From Lachnospiraceae bacterium (lineage in GTDB: Bacteria; Bacillota; Clostridia; Lachnospirales; Anaerotignaceae): a DNA stretch of 64,000 nt. Under the pieces are notes generated by a model. The model worked only from the letters and a program-made list of their open reading frames with translations, was not told where the DNA came from and ran no database searches. Each line of letters opens with the position of its first letter. Position 1 is the first letter of the stretch. Where the stretch lies: the NCBI GenBank assembly GCA_019422065.1, contig JAHZEA010000005.1, forward strand, positions 82,941-146,940. The letters are read 5' to 3'. The position numbers and the translations under genes are program-made. This document shows positions 9,793-19,756 of this stretch, in pieces.

Positions 9793-11164
9793 TATTTAAC
9801 TGTTCCTCCTGAAACTCTTTTGCCTTAATCATAATGGCACATTCTATTCTTTTTCTCTGAAGCTCACAGCCTATCTCATACGGTTTAAGTATATCGCCTG
9901 AAAGCTGGTACGCATTAGCCGCACAGCCGCCGCTGCAGTAAAATCTTGCCCAGCAGCTTTTACATTCTTCTTTGGCATAAACATTGCATTTGGAGAATTT
10001 CTCTCTTAATTCAAAATTATTCATGCCGTCAAAAACATTGCCCATTGAAAAGCCTTCAAGGCCTACAAACTGGTGGCAAGGATAAAGCTCGCCTTCCGGT
10101 GTAACAGAAAGATACTCTGTACCGGAACCGCAGCCTACAAGTCTTTTTATAACACAAGGGCCGCCTGTAAGGTCTATATTAAAGTGGAAGAAATTAAAGT
10201 CATCCTTTCCGCCTTTTTTATGTCTTTCATAAAGCTCAGCGGCAAGTCTCTCATATTCCTCACATATAGCCGGTATGTCTTCTTCTCTTATAGCATAGTC
10301 TGTGTCATCAGAACCAACAACAGGCTCAACTGAAATCTGCTTAAAGCCTAAATCTGCCATGTGAAGCACATCTTTTGAAAAGTCAAGGTTATGCCTTGTA
10401 AATGTGCCTCTTATATAGTAGTCTGTCTGATTTCTGCTTTCAGCAAGCTTAATAAACTTAGGCACTATAAGGTCATAGCTGCCCTGTCCGCCGGCTCTTG
10501 GGCGCATCATGTCGTTAATTTCTTTTCTTCCGTCAAGGCTTATAACAACGTTGTGCATGTTTTTATTAATGTAGTCTAAAATCTCATCATTTAAAAGCAC
10601 GCCGTTTGTAGTAATAGTAAATCTGAAATTCTTGTTGTATAACTTTTCCTGCTGCCTTGCATACTCAACTATTTCTTTAACTACATCAAAATTCATTAAA
10701 GGCTCTCCGCCGAAAAAGTCAACCTCTAAGTTATGTCTTTTGCCGGAATTTTTTATTATAAAATCAATAGCAGCCTTACCTACTTTACTGCTCATTAAAG
10801 AACGGTGTCCATGATATTCGCCTTCCTCTGCAAAGCAGTATTTGCATTTAAGGTTGCAGTCGTGGGCAATATGCAGGCAAAGCGCCTTAACAACCGGTTC
10901 TCTTGCGTCTACAAAATCAATTACATTTTCATATATGTCAGGAGCATAAAGCATTTCTTCTTTTCTAAGCTCGTCAAGCTCGTCCATTGTTTCGTTAAGC
11001 TCATCTTTAGAATATTTATCTCCAAAAAGCTTAATAACTTCTTCTCTTGACCCATTTTCGTATGTATCTACAATGTCGAACATTGTATCATCTGCAACAT
11101 GAACAGCGCCGCTGAAAACATCCAATACAACATTAACACCGTTCATACTGAACTTATGTATCAT
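9782..11164 (-). CDS. scfB: radical SAM/SPASM thioether-forming SCIFF peptide maturase
   Basis: CNLKCKYC radical-SAM cluster and a C-terminal Cys-rich SPASM region (CPCHQF...CKSCWARFYCSGGC). Lies directly downstream of a SCIFF precursor gene. Confidence 0.85.
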   Translation of the reverse strand: MIHKFSMNGVNVVLDVFSGAVHVADDTMFDIVDTYENGSREEVIKLFGDKYSKDELNETMDELDELRKEEMLYAPDIYENVIDFVDAREPVVKALCLHIAHDCNLKCKYCFAEEGEYHGHRSLMSSKVGKAAIDFIIKNSGKRHNLEVDFFGGEPLMNFDVVKEIVEYARQQEKLYNKNFRFTITTNGVLLNDEILDYINKNMHNVVISLDGRKEINDMMRPRAGGQGSYDLIVPKFIKLAESRNQTDYYIRGTFTRHNLDFSKDVLHMADLGFKQISVEPVVGSDDTDYAIREEDIPAICEEYERLAAELYERHKKGGKDDFNFFHFNIDLTGGPCVIKRLVGCGSGTEYLSVTPEGELYPCHQFVGLEGFSMGNVFDGMNNFELREKFSKCNVYAKEECKSCWARFYCSGGCAANAYQLSGDILKPYEIGCELQRKRIECAIMIKAKEFQEEQLNNED

Positions 11165-11297
11165 TTCGTCACTTCCTTATTAAAATAAAAATATAATCAG
11201 CCAATAAAAAGTCCTGTCTTAAATACTGACAGCCAAATAAAACTTCATGTTTTAAAACAGGTTTATAATCATTTTTTAATATAGTTTAAGTCAAAAC

Positions 11298-11325
11298 AAA
11301 ACCTCGATTTTGCAACCGAGGTTTT
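11298..11325 (-). promoter_or_regulatory. intercistronic hairpin between the precursor peptide and maturase genes (putative attenuator / mRNA-stabilising stem)
   Basis: aaaacctcg...cgaggtttt stem followed by a U-run on the minus strand. Confidence 0.45.
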
Positions 11326-11343
11326 AAAAGCAAATCTTTTTTC

Positions 11344-11484
11344 TTATCTGTTTTCGCAAGCCTGATTTGCAACTGTGCAGCTTGTTTTGCATGCTGACTG
11401 ACAAGATGTCTGGCACTCGCCGCATCCGCCTTTAGCCATTGTATTTTTAAGCATAGAAGTATTCATAGTTTTAACGTGCTTCAT
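11344..11484 (-). CDS. scfA: SCIFF (six-cysteines-in-forty-five) ribosomal peptide precursor
   Basis: MKHVKTMNTSMLKNTMAKGGCGECQTSCQSACKTSCTVANQACENR carries the signature GGCGECQTSCQSACKTSCTV. The start is the internal Met of the listed 60-aa ORF. Confidence 0.9.
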   Translation of the reverse strand: MKHVKTMNTSMLKNTMAKGGCGECQTSCQSACKTSCTVANQACENR

Positions 11485-11561
11485 GATATACCCTCCTTTT
11501 ATATAGTCATATAAGTACTTTATCATGGCACATTATAACACGTTTATACTATTTTGAAAAG

Positions 11562-11969
11562 TCATTTTTTTGTATTGATTCCCAAAATACCGCCTACTGC
11601 CCCGCTTACAACAGACAAAACGATTGACAAAGCCCTGAATAAGCTCATATTTTCACCGTAAGGCAGCATTATAATAAGCAAAACAATAATTATATAAATA
11701 CCTGCCGAAAGAGCTCCCCAAAGTATGCCTTTTTTATCTGCTTTAGACGCTGTTTTAAATCCGGCAAAAAATGAGCTTATAATTGTAACAGCCAATGAAA
11801 ACGGCGCAATAAAGCTTTCGCTTATATCGGTATATGTAAGCAGTACGGCACAGACTAAAAACGCAGCTGCTGTAAAAAATAAAGCCGGTATTAAACCGTA
11901 AAGCATACCGTATAACACACCATTATTTCCTGCCGGAGCTTGATTTGTTGGTACTTTCAAAAACAACAC
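11562..11969 (-). CDS. small integral membrane protein (4 predicted TM helices)
   Basis: 135 aa, almost entirely hydrophobic. The family assignment is uncertain. Confidence 0.55.
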   Translation of the reverse strand: MLFLKVPTNQAPAGNNGVLYGMLYGLIPALFFTAAAFLVCAVLLTYTDISESFIAPFSLAVTIISSFFAGFKTASKADKKGILWGALSAGIYIIIVLLIIMLPYGENMSLFRALSIVLSVVSGAVGGILGINTKK

Positions 11970-12066
11970 TTCTTTCTCTTTTTTACAATTTTACTTGCCA
12001 TATTTAAAAAATATTCATTGCCCCAATAAAATCTTTGTGTTTAAATATATATCAGAGGTGATACAA

Positions 12067-12939
12067 ATGGAATTAACCGGTTTTATAGACTTACACTCAC
12101 ACTCAACTTATTCCGACGGTACACTTACACCGGAAGAGATAATAAAAACTGCGGCACATATAGGTCTTTCATCTGTTGCCCTTACAGACCATGACTGTAT
12201 ATTTGGTACAGACGAATTTACATCTGCCGGCAAAAAATACGGCATTGAGGCAATAAACGGCATTGAGCTTGCCTCTTATTATTCAGCACCGTTTATTGAG
12301 CGCACAAAAGAAATTCATATTGTAGGTCTTTTTATAGACAATAAGAATAAAGAGCTTCTTGAAAAAACCGAAATAATACTTCAGCAGAGAATTGACCGCA
12401 ATCACAAAATGGTTAAGCGCCTTACAGAGCTGGGCTTTCCTATGACGTATGACGAGCTTAGGGCCATAGCCGGCAGGGACAGCTGTTCAAGAACACATTA
12501 TGCTCTTTTAATGGTTAAAAAAGGCTATGTTAAAGACAAAAAAGAGGCTTTTGCCAAATATATATCTACCGGTATGCCGGGATATGTGCCAAGAATACTG
12601 CCTACACCGGAAGAATGCATTAACCTTATTAAAAATGCCGGCGGAGTACCTGTTTTGGCTCACCCTACTCTTTACCGCCTTAATAACGAACAGATAGAAT
12701 TAATGGCACAGGATTTAAGGCAAAAAGGCATGGAAGGCATAGAGGTTATGTACTCCACATATTCAGCTGAAGAAGAAAAATTCATCAATTCCATAGCCGA
12801 AAAATATAATTTTGCCAAAAGCGGCGGAAGTGATTTTCATGGCACAAACAAAACCGGTATTTACCTTGGAGAAGGTAAAGGAAATCTTAAAATACCTTAT
12901 GAATTTTTAAACGAAATTAAAAAAAGGAGGAACATATAA
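12067..12939 (+). CDS. PHP-domain metal-dependent phosphoesterase (TrpH/YciV-like)
   Basis: DLHSHSTYSDG and LTDHD motifs. ATG at 12067 is preferred over the upstream TTG extension. Confidence 0.8.
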   Translation: MELTGFIDLHSHSTYSDGTLTPEEIIKTAAHIGLSSVALTDHDCIFGTDEFTSAGKKYGIEAINGIELASYYSAPFIERTKEIHIVGLFIDNKNKELLEKTEIILQQRIDRNHKMVKRLTELGFPMTYDELRAIAGRDSCSRTHYALLMVKKGYVKDKKEAFAKYISTGMPGYVPRILPTPEECINLIKNAGGVPVLAHPTLYRLNNEQIELMAQDLRQKGMEGIEVMYSTYSAEEEKFINSIAEKYNFAKSGGSDFHGTNKTGIYLGEGKGNLKIPYEFLNEIKKRRNI

Positions 12940-13442
12940 TGTTTAAAACAATTCAGGCAGAAGAATTAGACCAGAACATATTTAAAATGATAGGCAAAGA
13001 CTGGCTTTTAATAACAGCTAAAAAAGAAGATAAAGTAAACACAATGACAGCTTCATGGGGCAGCGCCGGTATAATGTGGGGCAAACCAACAGCATTTGTA
13101 TTTATTCGTCCGCAGAGGTACACAAAGGAATTTGTTGACGCTTCTGAGGAATTTTCAATTAATGTTTTAGGCGACGCATACAGAAAAGTTCTTAATTACT
13201 GCGGAACAGTTTCCGGACGTGATGAGGATAAAATAAAAAATTCAAACCTTACAGTTGACTATAAAAATGATACTCCATATTTTGATGAAAGCAAAATTGT
13301 GCTTATTTGCCGTAAGGTATTCGCACAAGAGCTTAAAGAAGAAAGTTTTATTGATAAGTCTATTATAGACAAATGGTATCCGCAAAAAGATTATCATACA
13401 ATGTACGCCGCAGAAATTAAAGAAGTTCTTATTAAAGAATAA
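12939..13442 (+). CDS. flavin reductase-like FMN-binding domain protein
   Basis: 167 aa with flavoredoxin-like fold motifs (NTMTASWG). Its start overlaps the upstream stop (ATAATG). Confidence 0.65.
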   Translation: MFKTIQAEELDQNIFKMIGKDWLLITAKKEDKVNTMTASWGSAGIMWGKPTAFVFIRPQRYTKEFVDASEEFSINVLGDAYRKVLNYCGTVSGRDEDKIKNSNLTVDYKNDTPYFDESKIVLICRKVFAQELKEESFIDKSIIDKWYPQKDYHTMYAAEIKEVLIKE

Positions 13443-13448
13443 AAAATA

Positions 13449-13486
13449 AAGCACTGATTTCTTAAAAGATTTCAGTGCTTTTTATT
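13449..13486. terminator. bidirectional terminator
   Basis: aagcactga/tcagtgctt stem plus a T-run, between convergent genes. Confidence 0.5.
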
Positions 13487-13496
13487 GTTTATTTAA

Positions 13497-14579
13497 TTAT
13501 TTAGAAGCTTTAACTTTAATCCAAAGCTCTGAAAGTTTCTGTCTTAAAACTTCGTTATCGTTAAATACTTCGTCTTTTTCATAGCCTTCTCTTGGAAGAT
13601 AAGCCTCATTGCCTTCATACTCTCCGCCTTCACCGCTCATTTCAGCAAGAACCTCTTTGTTAGGAGAAGCATAGCCTACAGTTGAGCTGTTGTCATAAGA
13701 AGCATCATATGAAAGTATATAGTTAATAAACTCGTGGGCAAGCTTAGGGTTTTCGGCATTTTTAGGTATTACCATTGAGTCAACCCAAAGGTTTGTTCCT
13801 TCAGTAGGCATCCAGTAGCTCATATCCTCGTTTTCGGAAAGTATATAAGCCGCATCACCACTGTAAACAACAGCCATGTCCATAAGGCCGTTAGCCATAT
13901 TGTCTATAACCTCGTCAGTTACATATACAGGCTCCATTGTGTTGTTTAATTCCACAAGCCAGTTATAAGCTTCGTTTATTTCTTCCTCATTGTCTGTATT
14001 CATTGAATAGCCTAAAGATTTAAGAGCTACCATAAATGAGTCTCTTTCAGAGTCGTACATATAAATACGGCCTTTATATTTTGTATCTTTAAGTATGCTG
14101 TAGCCTTTTTCCTCAACTTCTTCCTGTGGTACATTGTTGTGGTTATAAACAATACCTACAGAACCCCAGAAATAAGGCACAGAGTATTTATTTTCAGGGT
14201 CAAAAGAAAGATTTTTAACACCGTCTGCAAGCTCGCTCATATTAGGTATAAGGCTTAAATCCAGCTCCTGAAGCATGTCTTCTTTTATAAGTCTTTCAAT
14301 CATATAGTCAGAAGGCACTATTACATCATAAGCGTCACCAGCCTGAAGCTTTGTATACATCATTTCGTTTGAGTCAAAATATTCAGAAATAACTTTTACA
14401 CCGAATTCTTCCTCAAAATTTGAAATTACATCTTCTCCAACATATTCACCCCAGTTGTAGAATTTAAGAGTGTCAGAGCCGTATTTTTCCACAGCGTCTG
14501 ATGATGATGCCGCGCTTGAACCACAACCGGAAAGCGCTACTGCTGCAATAAGAGATGCAGCCAATATTATTTTTTTCAT
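13497..14579 (-). CDS. potD: spermidine/putrescine ABC transporter substrate-binding lipoprotein
   Basis: Lipobox LSGC. Family-1 polyamine-binding protein located in a potABCD operon. Confidence 0.9.
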   Translation of the reverse strand: MKKIILAASLIAAVALSGCGSSAASSSDAVEKYGSDTLKFYNWGEYVGEDVISNFEEEFGVKVISEYFDSNEMMYTKLQAGDAYDVIVPSDYMIERLIKEDMLQELDLSLIPNMSELADGVKNLSFDPENKYSVPYFWGSVGIVYNHNNVPQEEVEEKGYSILKDTKYKGRIYMYDSERDSFMVALKSLGYSMNTDNEEEINEAYNWLVELNNTMEPVYVTDEVIDNMANGLMDMAVVYSGDAAYILSENEDMSYWMPTEGTNLWVDSMVIPKNAENPKLAHEFINYILSYDASYDNSSTVGYASPNKEVLAEMSGEGGEYEGNEAYLPREGYEKDEVFNDNEVLRQKLSELWIKVKASK

Positions 14580-15364
14580 TCTTTTACTCCTCCCCTTCGT
14601 TTAAGTACAGGTATAATATTTATAAGCACCAGAACAACCGTTATAATAAGTATAATAATGGTTGAAAGGGCGTTTATAGATGGATTAATACGCTTACTCA
14701 TTGTATAAACAAGTATAGATATATTGCTTACACCGTTTCCCGTTACAAAGTACGAAATTATAAAGTCGTCAAAAGACATTGTAAAAGCCACTAATGCTCC
14801 CGAAACTATTCCCGGCATTATCTGCGGTATTATAACTTTTATAAGCGCCTGCCATGGTGTAGCGCCTAAATCCAGTGCTGCGTCCGCAAGGTTAGGGTCA
14901 AGGCTTCTGAGTTTAGGGTTAACACTGAGCATAACATAAGGAATACAGAACATAATATGTGCCAAAAGCATTGTAAAATATCCCTTCTGTACTCCTAAAG
15001 CGCTAAATAGCATTAAAAGGCTTATAGCTGTTACAATTTCCGGGTTCATAATAGGAAAGTCATTTATTCTTTCCACAATATTCTTAAGTACCTTATTTGA
15101 TTTTGAAAGGCCTATAGCCGTAATTGTGCCTACAACCGTGGAAATTATTGTTGCAAGTATGGCTATTGAAATAGTTGTCCATAAAGCACTCATCATATCC
15201 CGGCTTGAAAACATTTTTTCGTACCATGTAAGTGAAAAACCGCTCCAGTGTGTAAGTGATTTTTTGCTGTTAAACGAAAAAACCACTGTGTAAACAATAG
15301 GCATATAGAAGAATATCATTACGCAAATCATAAAAAGTTTTGAAAATATCTTTTTATTTTTCAT
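14576..15364 (-). CDS. potC: spermidine/putrescine ABC transporter permease
   Basis: EAA-loop permease (AALDLGATPWQ). Operon context supports the call. Confidence 0.9.
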   Translation of the reverse strand: MKNKKIFSKLFMICVMIFFYMPIVYTVVFSFNSKKSLTHWSGFSLTWYEKMFSSRDMMSALWTTISIAILATIISTVVGTITAIGLSKSNKVLKNIVERINDFPIMNPEIVTAISLLMLFSALGVQKGYFTMLLAHIMFCIPYVMLSVNPKLRSLDPNLADAALDLGATPWQALIKVIIPQIMPGIVSGALVAFTMSFDDFIISYFVTGNGVSNISILVYTMSKRINPSINALSTIIILIITVVLVLINIIPVLKRRGGVKE

Positions 15365-16206
15365 TACTTCTTGTCTCCTCCTTCCATAGCCTCGCCTTTA
15401 TCTATTTTCTTTGTAATATACATAGAAATCATAATTATAACAGCCATTATAAGGGATATGGCACTACCGAAATTCCAGTCTCCCGCTGTAAGGAACTGAT
15501 TTTCTATTACATTTCCAATAAGTACATACTGACCGCCGCCTAAAAGCTTTGGTATAAAGAAGCTTGATACCGCCGGAAGAAAAACAAGTGTTATACCGCT
15601 TATAACTCCCGGTATAGAAAGCGGCAGTGTTACTCTTAAAAATGCCTGAACCTTATTTGCACCTAAATCGCTGGCAGCTTCCAAAAGGCTTTTATCCATT
15701 TTGGTAAGAGATGTATAAATCTGTAATATCATAAATGGTATAAAGTTATACACCATACCAACTATAACAGCAAAGCTTGTGTGCAGCATTTTAACCGGGC
15801 CTATACCTATTAACCCCAATACAGTATTAATTATGCCGTCATCCTGCAAAATACCCATCCATGCGTATGTTCTAACAAGCATGTTTATCCATGTAGGTAT
15901 TGTAACAAGGAGTATAAGCATAACCTTTTTACGGCCTTCGGCATTAGCTATAATATAAGCCGCCGGATATCCAAGAATAACACAAATAATAGTTGTGGCA
16001 ATAGCTATTAAAAGGGAACGTCTTAAAACATCAAGGAATATAGCGTCGCTGAAAAATTTTCCGAAGTTTTCAAATGAAAACTTAATTGTAGCCACATCGT
16101 TTCCGGTTTTTGTAAAGGCGTAAACAAGTATAAGCAGCATAGGCAATACAATAAGCAGACAAATCCAAACTATATACGGATAGGCCATTGTCCTGAATTG
16201 CTTCAT
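15364..16206 (-). CDS. potB: spermidine/putrescine ABC transporter permease
   Basis: EAA loop (EAASDLGANKVQ). Operon context supports the call. Confidence 0.9.
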   Translation of the reverse strand: MKQFRTMAYPYIVWICLLIVLPMLLILVYAFTKTGNDVATIKFSFENFGKFFSDAIFLDVLRRSLLIAIATTIICVILGYPAAYIIANAEGRKKVMLILLVTIPTWINMLVRTYAWMGILQDDGIINTVLGLIGIGPVKMLHTSFAVIVGMVYNFIPFMILQIYTSLTKMDKSLLEAASDLGANKVQAFLRVTLPLSIPGVISGITLVFLPAVSSFFIPKLLGGGQYVLIGNVIENQFLTAGDWNFGSAISLIMAVIIMISMYITKKIDKGEAMEGGDKK

Positions 16207-16208
16207 TT

Positions 16209-17786
16209 TCAGTTTCCTCCTTTACTCATTATGTGAATATCTTCCGGTTCAAATGTAAGACCTACAATATCGCCTTCCTTATGTTCTCTTGTTGTATCAA
16301 TTTTGTATTCATAGCCTTCTGTTTTAAATGTTACAGAATATACTCCCGGAACAATGTTCTCTGGGTCAAAGTCATAGTCAACTTCTGTAATATCTACTTC
16401 CGTATCATCATCAAGGCTCCAAGCAGAAGCATTTGCCCATGTTTTAAGGTCTGTCTCAAGGGCAATACTTTCTTTAATTTCATCTGTCTTTTTAAAGAAG
16501 TTAACGGCAAAAATTTCTTCGTTATATTCTGTACTTACTTTTTTGTTCTGGTCTGCCACTATCATGTTTGCAGTAACCATTGTTCCTGCTGATGTTGAGA
16601 ATGTAACAGGATAAGTACCGTTTTGAGGGCTTATTTTATACTCAACCTTGCTTATTGAAACAAACTCGTCTGTTTCAGGGTTCCATGCCTGAGCGTCGGC
16701 TCTGGCTATAATATCAGCCTCTGTAAGCTCTGCTACGTCCTCGGCGTCAAGATAAAAGTCGTTGGCGCTCATTCTTTCGTTTGCCTTCATATTAAATATA
16801 GAGTTATCCTCTGAAACGTGCATTTTAACTGTTATGCTTGTTCCTGAGCGTGTTTCAACTACAGTTTCGTAATGAACGCCTTTAAAAAGAACAGACTTAA
16901 CAACGCCTCTTAATTTGCCTTTTTCTTTAGGTACTATTTCCAAATCTTCCGGTCTTATAACAACATCAACTTTTTCGTTTGGCTCAAATCCGCCGTCTAC
17001 ACACTCAAAGTGCTTATCCTCAAATATAACCTCTCTGTCCTGAACCATTACACCGTCTATAATGTTGCTTTCGCCTATAAAGTTAGCTACAAACACATTT
17101 TTAGGCTCGTTGTAAATATCAGTTGGTGTACCTATTTGCTGAATTTCACCGTCTTTCATAACAACTATTTTGTCAGACATTGTAAGGGCTTCTTCTTGGT
17201 CGTGGGTTACATATATAAACGTAATGCCTACTTCCTGCTGTATTTTTTTAAGCTCATGCTGCATTTCTTTTCTAAGCTTAAGGTCAAGAGCACCCAAAGG
17301 CTCGTCAAGAAGAAGTACTCTAGGCTCGTTTACAAGTGCTCTGGCTATAGCTACCCTCTGCTGCTGGCCTCCGCTTAAAGCCGTAACACTTCTTTTGCCG
17401 TACTCCTCAAGGCCTACAAGTTTAAGCATACGCATAACTTTCTGCTGTATAACATCTTTTGGCTCTTTTTTGATTTTAAGGCCAAAAGCCACATTATCGT
17501 ATACATTCATATTAGGGAAAAGAGCGTATTTTTGGAAAACAGTGTTAATTTCTCTTTTATACGGCTCAACATTAGATATTTCTTGGTCGCCAAATATAAC
17601 CTCGCCTTCGTTCTGTTTAAGAAATCCGCCCAAAATCCTTAAAAGAGTTGTTTTTCCACAGCCTGAAGGGCCTAAAAGTGTTACAAACTCATTTTCGTAA
17701 ATATCAAGGTTAATACCTTTAAGCACAAGCTGTCCGTCAAATTCCTTTACAATGTTTTTAAACTGAATAAGTTTTACCGGCTCCAA
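16209..17786 (-). CDS. potA: spermidine/putrescine import ATP-binding protein with an unusually long C-terminal region (525 aa)
   Basis: Walker [10 protein letters not shown], signature LSGGQQQR and Walker B LLLDEP. The TOBE-like C-terminus is split by a ~175-aa insertion (see findings). Confidence 0.9.
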   Translation of the reverse strand: MEPVKLIQFKNIVKEFDGQLVLKGINLDIYENEFVTLLGPSGCGKTTLLRILGGFLKQNEGEVIFGDQEISNVEPYKREINTVFQKYALFPNMNVYDNVAFGLKIKKEPKDVIQQKVMRMLKLVGLEEYGKRSVTALSGGQQQRVAIARALVNEPRVLLLDEPLGALDLKLRKEMQHELKKIQQEVGITFIYVTHDQEEALTMSDKIVVMKDGEIQQIGTPTDIYNEPKNVFVANFIGESNIIDGVMVQDREVIFEDKHFECVDGGFEPNEKVDVVIRPEDLEIVPKEKGKLRGVVKSVLFKGVHYETVVETRSGTSITVKMHVSEDNSIFNMKANERMSANDFYLDAEDVAELTEADIIARADAQAWNPETDEFVSISKVEYKISPQNGTYPVTFSTSAGTMVTANMIVADQNKKVSTEYNEEIFAVNFFKKTDEIKESIALETDLKTWANASAWSLDDDTEVDITEVDYDFDPENIVPGVYSVTFKTEGYEYKIDTTREHKEGDIVGLTFEPEDIHIMSKGGN

Positions 17787-17802
17787 TTTTAAATCCTCCT
17801 TT

Positions 17803-18336
17803 TTAGAATAAAGGCGGCGTAGACACCCAAATAAGTTTTGCCGCTGTTTTCCTGTCGTTTCTTATATAATGAAAATTCTTTCCGTTAAGATAAAAAGTCT
17901 CGCCTTTTTTAACTGTGTATTCTTTGTCACCGTTTACAAGTGTAACACGGCCTTCCAGTACATAACCGAACTCCTCGCCATCGTTTGGCTGAACCTCAAA
18001 TGTTTTCATTCCCGGTTCTATTTCAATCATAACCGGCTCCATTTCGTTTTTCTGTGAGTTAGGAACAATCCAATTTACTGTATAGCCTTCTCTTTCGTCT
18101 ACAAAAAAATCGTCCGTGCTGAAAACAGCCTTTTCGTCACGGTCTTCTTTAAAAAACTCGCCGAGAGTAGTGCCCAAAGCCTCAAGAATATCGTAAAGAG
18201 TAGCTATTGAAGGTGACGTAAGGTTTCTTTCAACTTGTGATAAAAAGCCTTTTGTAAGCTCACAACGGCTTGCCAGTTCCTCAAGAGTAAGACATTTTTT
18301 TAATCTCAGCTGTTTTATTTTATATCCAATATCCAT
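17803..18336 (-). CDS. XRE-family HTH regulator with C-terminal cupin domain (PuuR-like)
   Basis: [22 protein letters not shown]... HTH_3 followed by a cupin beta-barrel. Lies upstream of potA. Confidence 0.8.
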   Translation of the reverse strand: MDIGYKIKQLRLKKCLTLEELASRCELTKGFLSQVERNLTSPSIATLYDILEALGTTLGEFFKEDRDEKAVFSTDDFFVDEREGYTVNWIVPNSQKNEMEPVMIEIEPGMKTFEVQPNDGEEFGYVLEGRVTLVNGDKEYTVKKGETFYLNGKNFHYIRNDRKTAAKLIWVSTPPLF

Positions 18337-18598
18337 TAAACAGCCCTCCAATCGGATTAGATATACTAAACAAATCAATTATTTTTACTAAACCAAAAAC
18401 ATTATACTATAACTTTCCGCAATTTCAATATTCTTTAAACAATTTATTTAATTTTATTAAACTCATACAATGAAAAATACCTTTGTACTGACAAGTTTAT
18501 ACAAAATTTGCAAAAAAATACCAGCCATGATATTATACCTTAAAATATACAGCCGGTTTATAAAAATATATATTAAATTTTACATTACTAAACAAATT

Positions 18599-18742
18599 TT
18601 ACTTATTTTTAAACTTTGAAACCATAGTATAAACACCATATAATCCTGCCGCCATGCCATATAAGCCCATAATCCTTTTGGCCATTGGTATAGCTGTATT
18701 TTTAATAAACATCACTCGTTTTACGGTTTTTCTTATTTTCAT
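18599..18742 (-). CDS. small hypothetical membrane peptide (47 aa)
   Basis: The ORF is the only evidence, with a start at an internal Met. No family recognised. Confidence 0.25.
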   Translation of the reverse strand: MKIRKTVKRVMFIKNTAIPMAKRIMGLYGMAAGLYGVYTMVSKFKNK

Positions 18743-18830
18743 TTTATAACCCCTACCTCCACAAAAATCAAACAATATATTGAATAACACATTCCGTTCT
18801 GTTACTATTTAGATATAAAGGAGAATGCTT

Positions 18831-19646
18831 ATGATAAAATTAATAGCTTCTGATTTAGACGGAACACTTTTAACAACTAATAAAGAACTTACTCCACGGC
18901 TTAAAAAGTCGCTTGATAAAGCCGCTCAAAACGGTGCGCTGTTTGTTCCTGCAACAGGCAGAACATTATGCGCTATACCCCAGTATGTTAAAGACATACC
19001 TTCCGCCAAATATATAATAACATCTAACGGGGCATGTGTATATAAAAAAGGCTCTAAAACGCCTATATTTAAAGAATGTCTTATGCCAGAGCAAGTAGAA
19101 ATAGTATACAGCGCCGCTTCTCAGCTTGATACGGTTATAGAAGTATTTGCCGATGGCATGGCGTATATAGGAAAAAGCCATTTTGAGTACTTACAGCAAT
19201 TCGGCATAACCGGCCGCAGAGCCAACTATATTAAAACAACAAGAACAGTAGTACCTGACATATACTCACTTCTTCACTCCAATATTGAAAATATAGAAAA
19301 TATTAATGTTATATTCAACAATATGAGCCTTAGGGAAAAATTCAGGGCAGATATTAAAAATTCAACTAGTGCCTTTGTTACTTCTTCTTCCACAGATAAT
19401 ATAGAAGTAAGCTCCTCAAAAGCCGCAAAAGGCAATGCATTAAAAAACCTCTGCCAAATGCTGGGTATTAAAAACAATGAAGTTATAGCCTTTGGCGACA
19501 GTGAAAACGACATTGACATGCTTGAGTTTGCCGGAACCGGTGTTTTAATGAAAAACGCCGATAACAGCCTTAAAACCCAAGGTCTTATCGTTTCCTCCTC
19601 CTGCGATGACTATGGTGTTGCCAGAATACTTGAGGATATATTTTAA
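18831..19646 (+). CDS. Cof-type HAD-IIB phosphatase
   Basis: DLDGTLL motif I and GDSENDIDM motif IV. ATG at 18831 lies 7 nt after aaggag. Confidence 0.85.
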   Translation: MIKLIASDLDGTLLTTNKELTPRLKKSLDKAAQNGALFVPATGRTLCAIPQYVKDIPSAKYIITSNGACVYKKGSKTPIFKECLMPEQVEIVYSAASQLDTVIEVFADGMAYIGKSHFEYLQQFGITGRRANYIKTTRTVVPDIYSLLHSNIENIENINVIFNNMSLREKFRADIKNSTSAFVTSSSTDNIEVSSSKAAKGNALKNLCQMLGIKNNEVIAFGDSENDIDMLEFAGTGVLMKNADNSLKTQGLIVSSSCDDYGVARILEDIF

Positions 19647-19689
19647 TTAACTTAAATATATTAAAAAAACATATATTAAAACTAAAAAC

Positions 19690-19740
19690 AAAACCACAGC
19701 AAAAGATAAATTCTTTTAAACTGTGGTTTTATTATTTTTC
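19690..19740. terminator. bidirectional terminator
   Basis: aaaaccacag/ctgtggtttt stem followed by a T-run. Confidence 0.6.
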
Positions 19741-19756
19741 ACTTAAAGTATTTTTA

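Noticed and set aside
14471-14489. Self-targeting (autoimmune) spacer against potD
   Set aside because: Only a 19-nt internal core matches, and the seed-side 9 nt and the distal 9 nt are largely mismatched. Type I interference is not expected, so it is reported only as a partial match.
17170-17700. Long antisense ORFs inside potA (176 aa and 122 aa), with similar shadow ORFs inside secD, scfB, recJ, cas and glycan genes
   Set aside because: They sit opposite strongly supported coding sequences and have no motifs or RBS. They are typical shadow ORFs.
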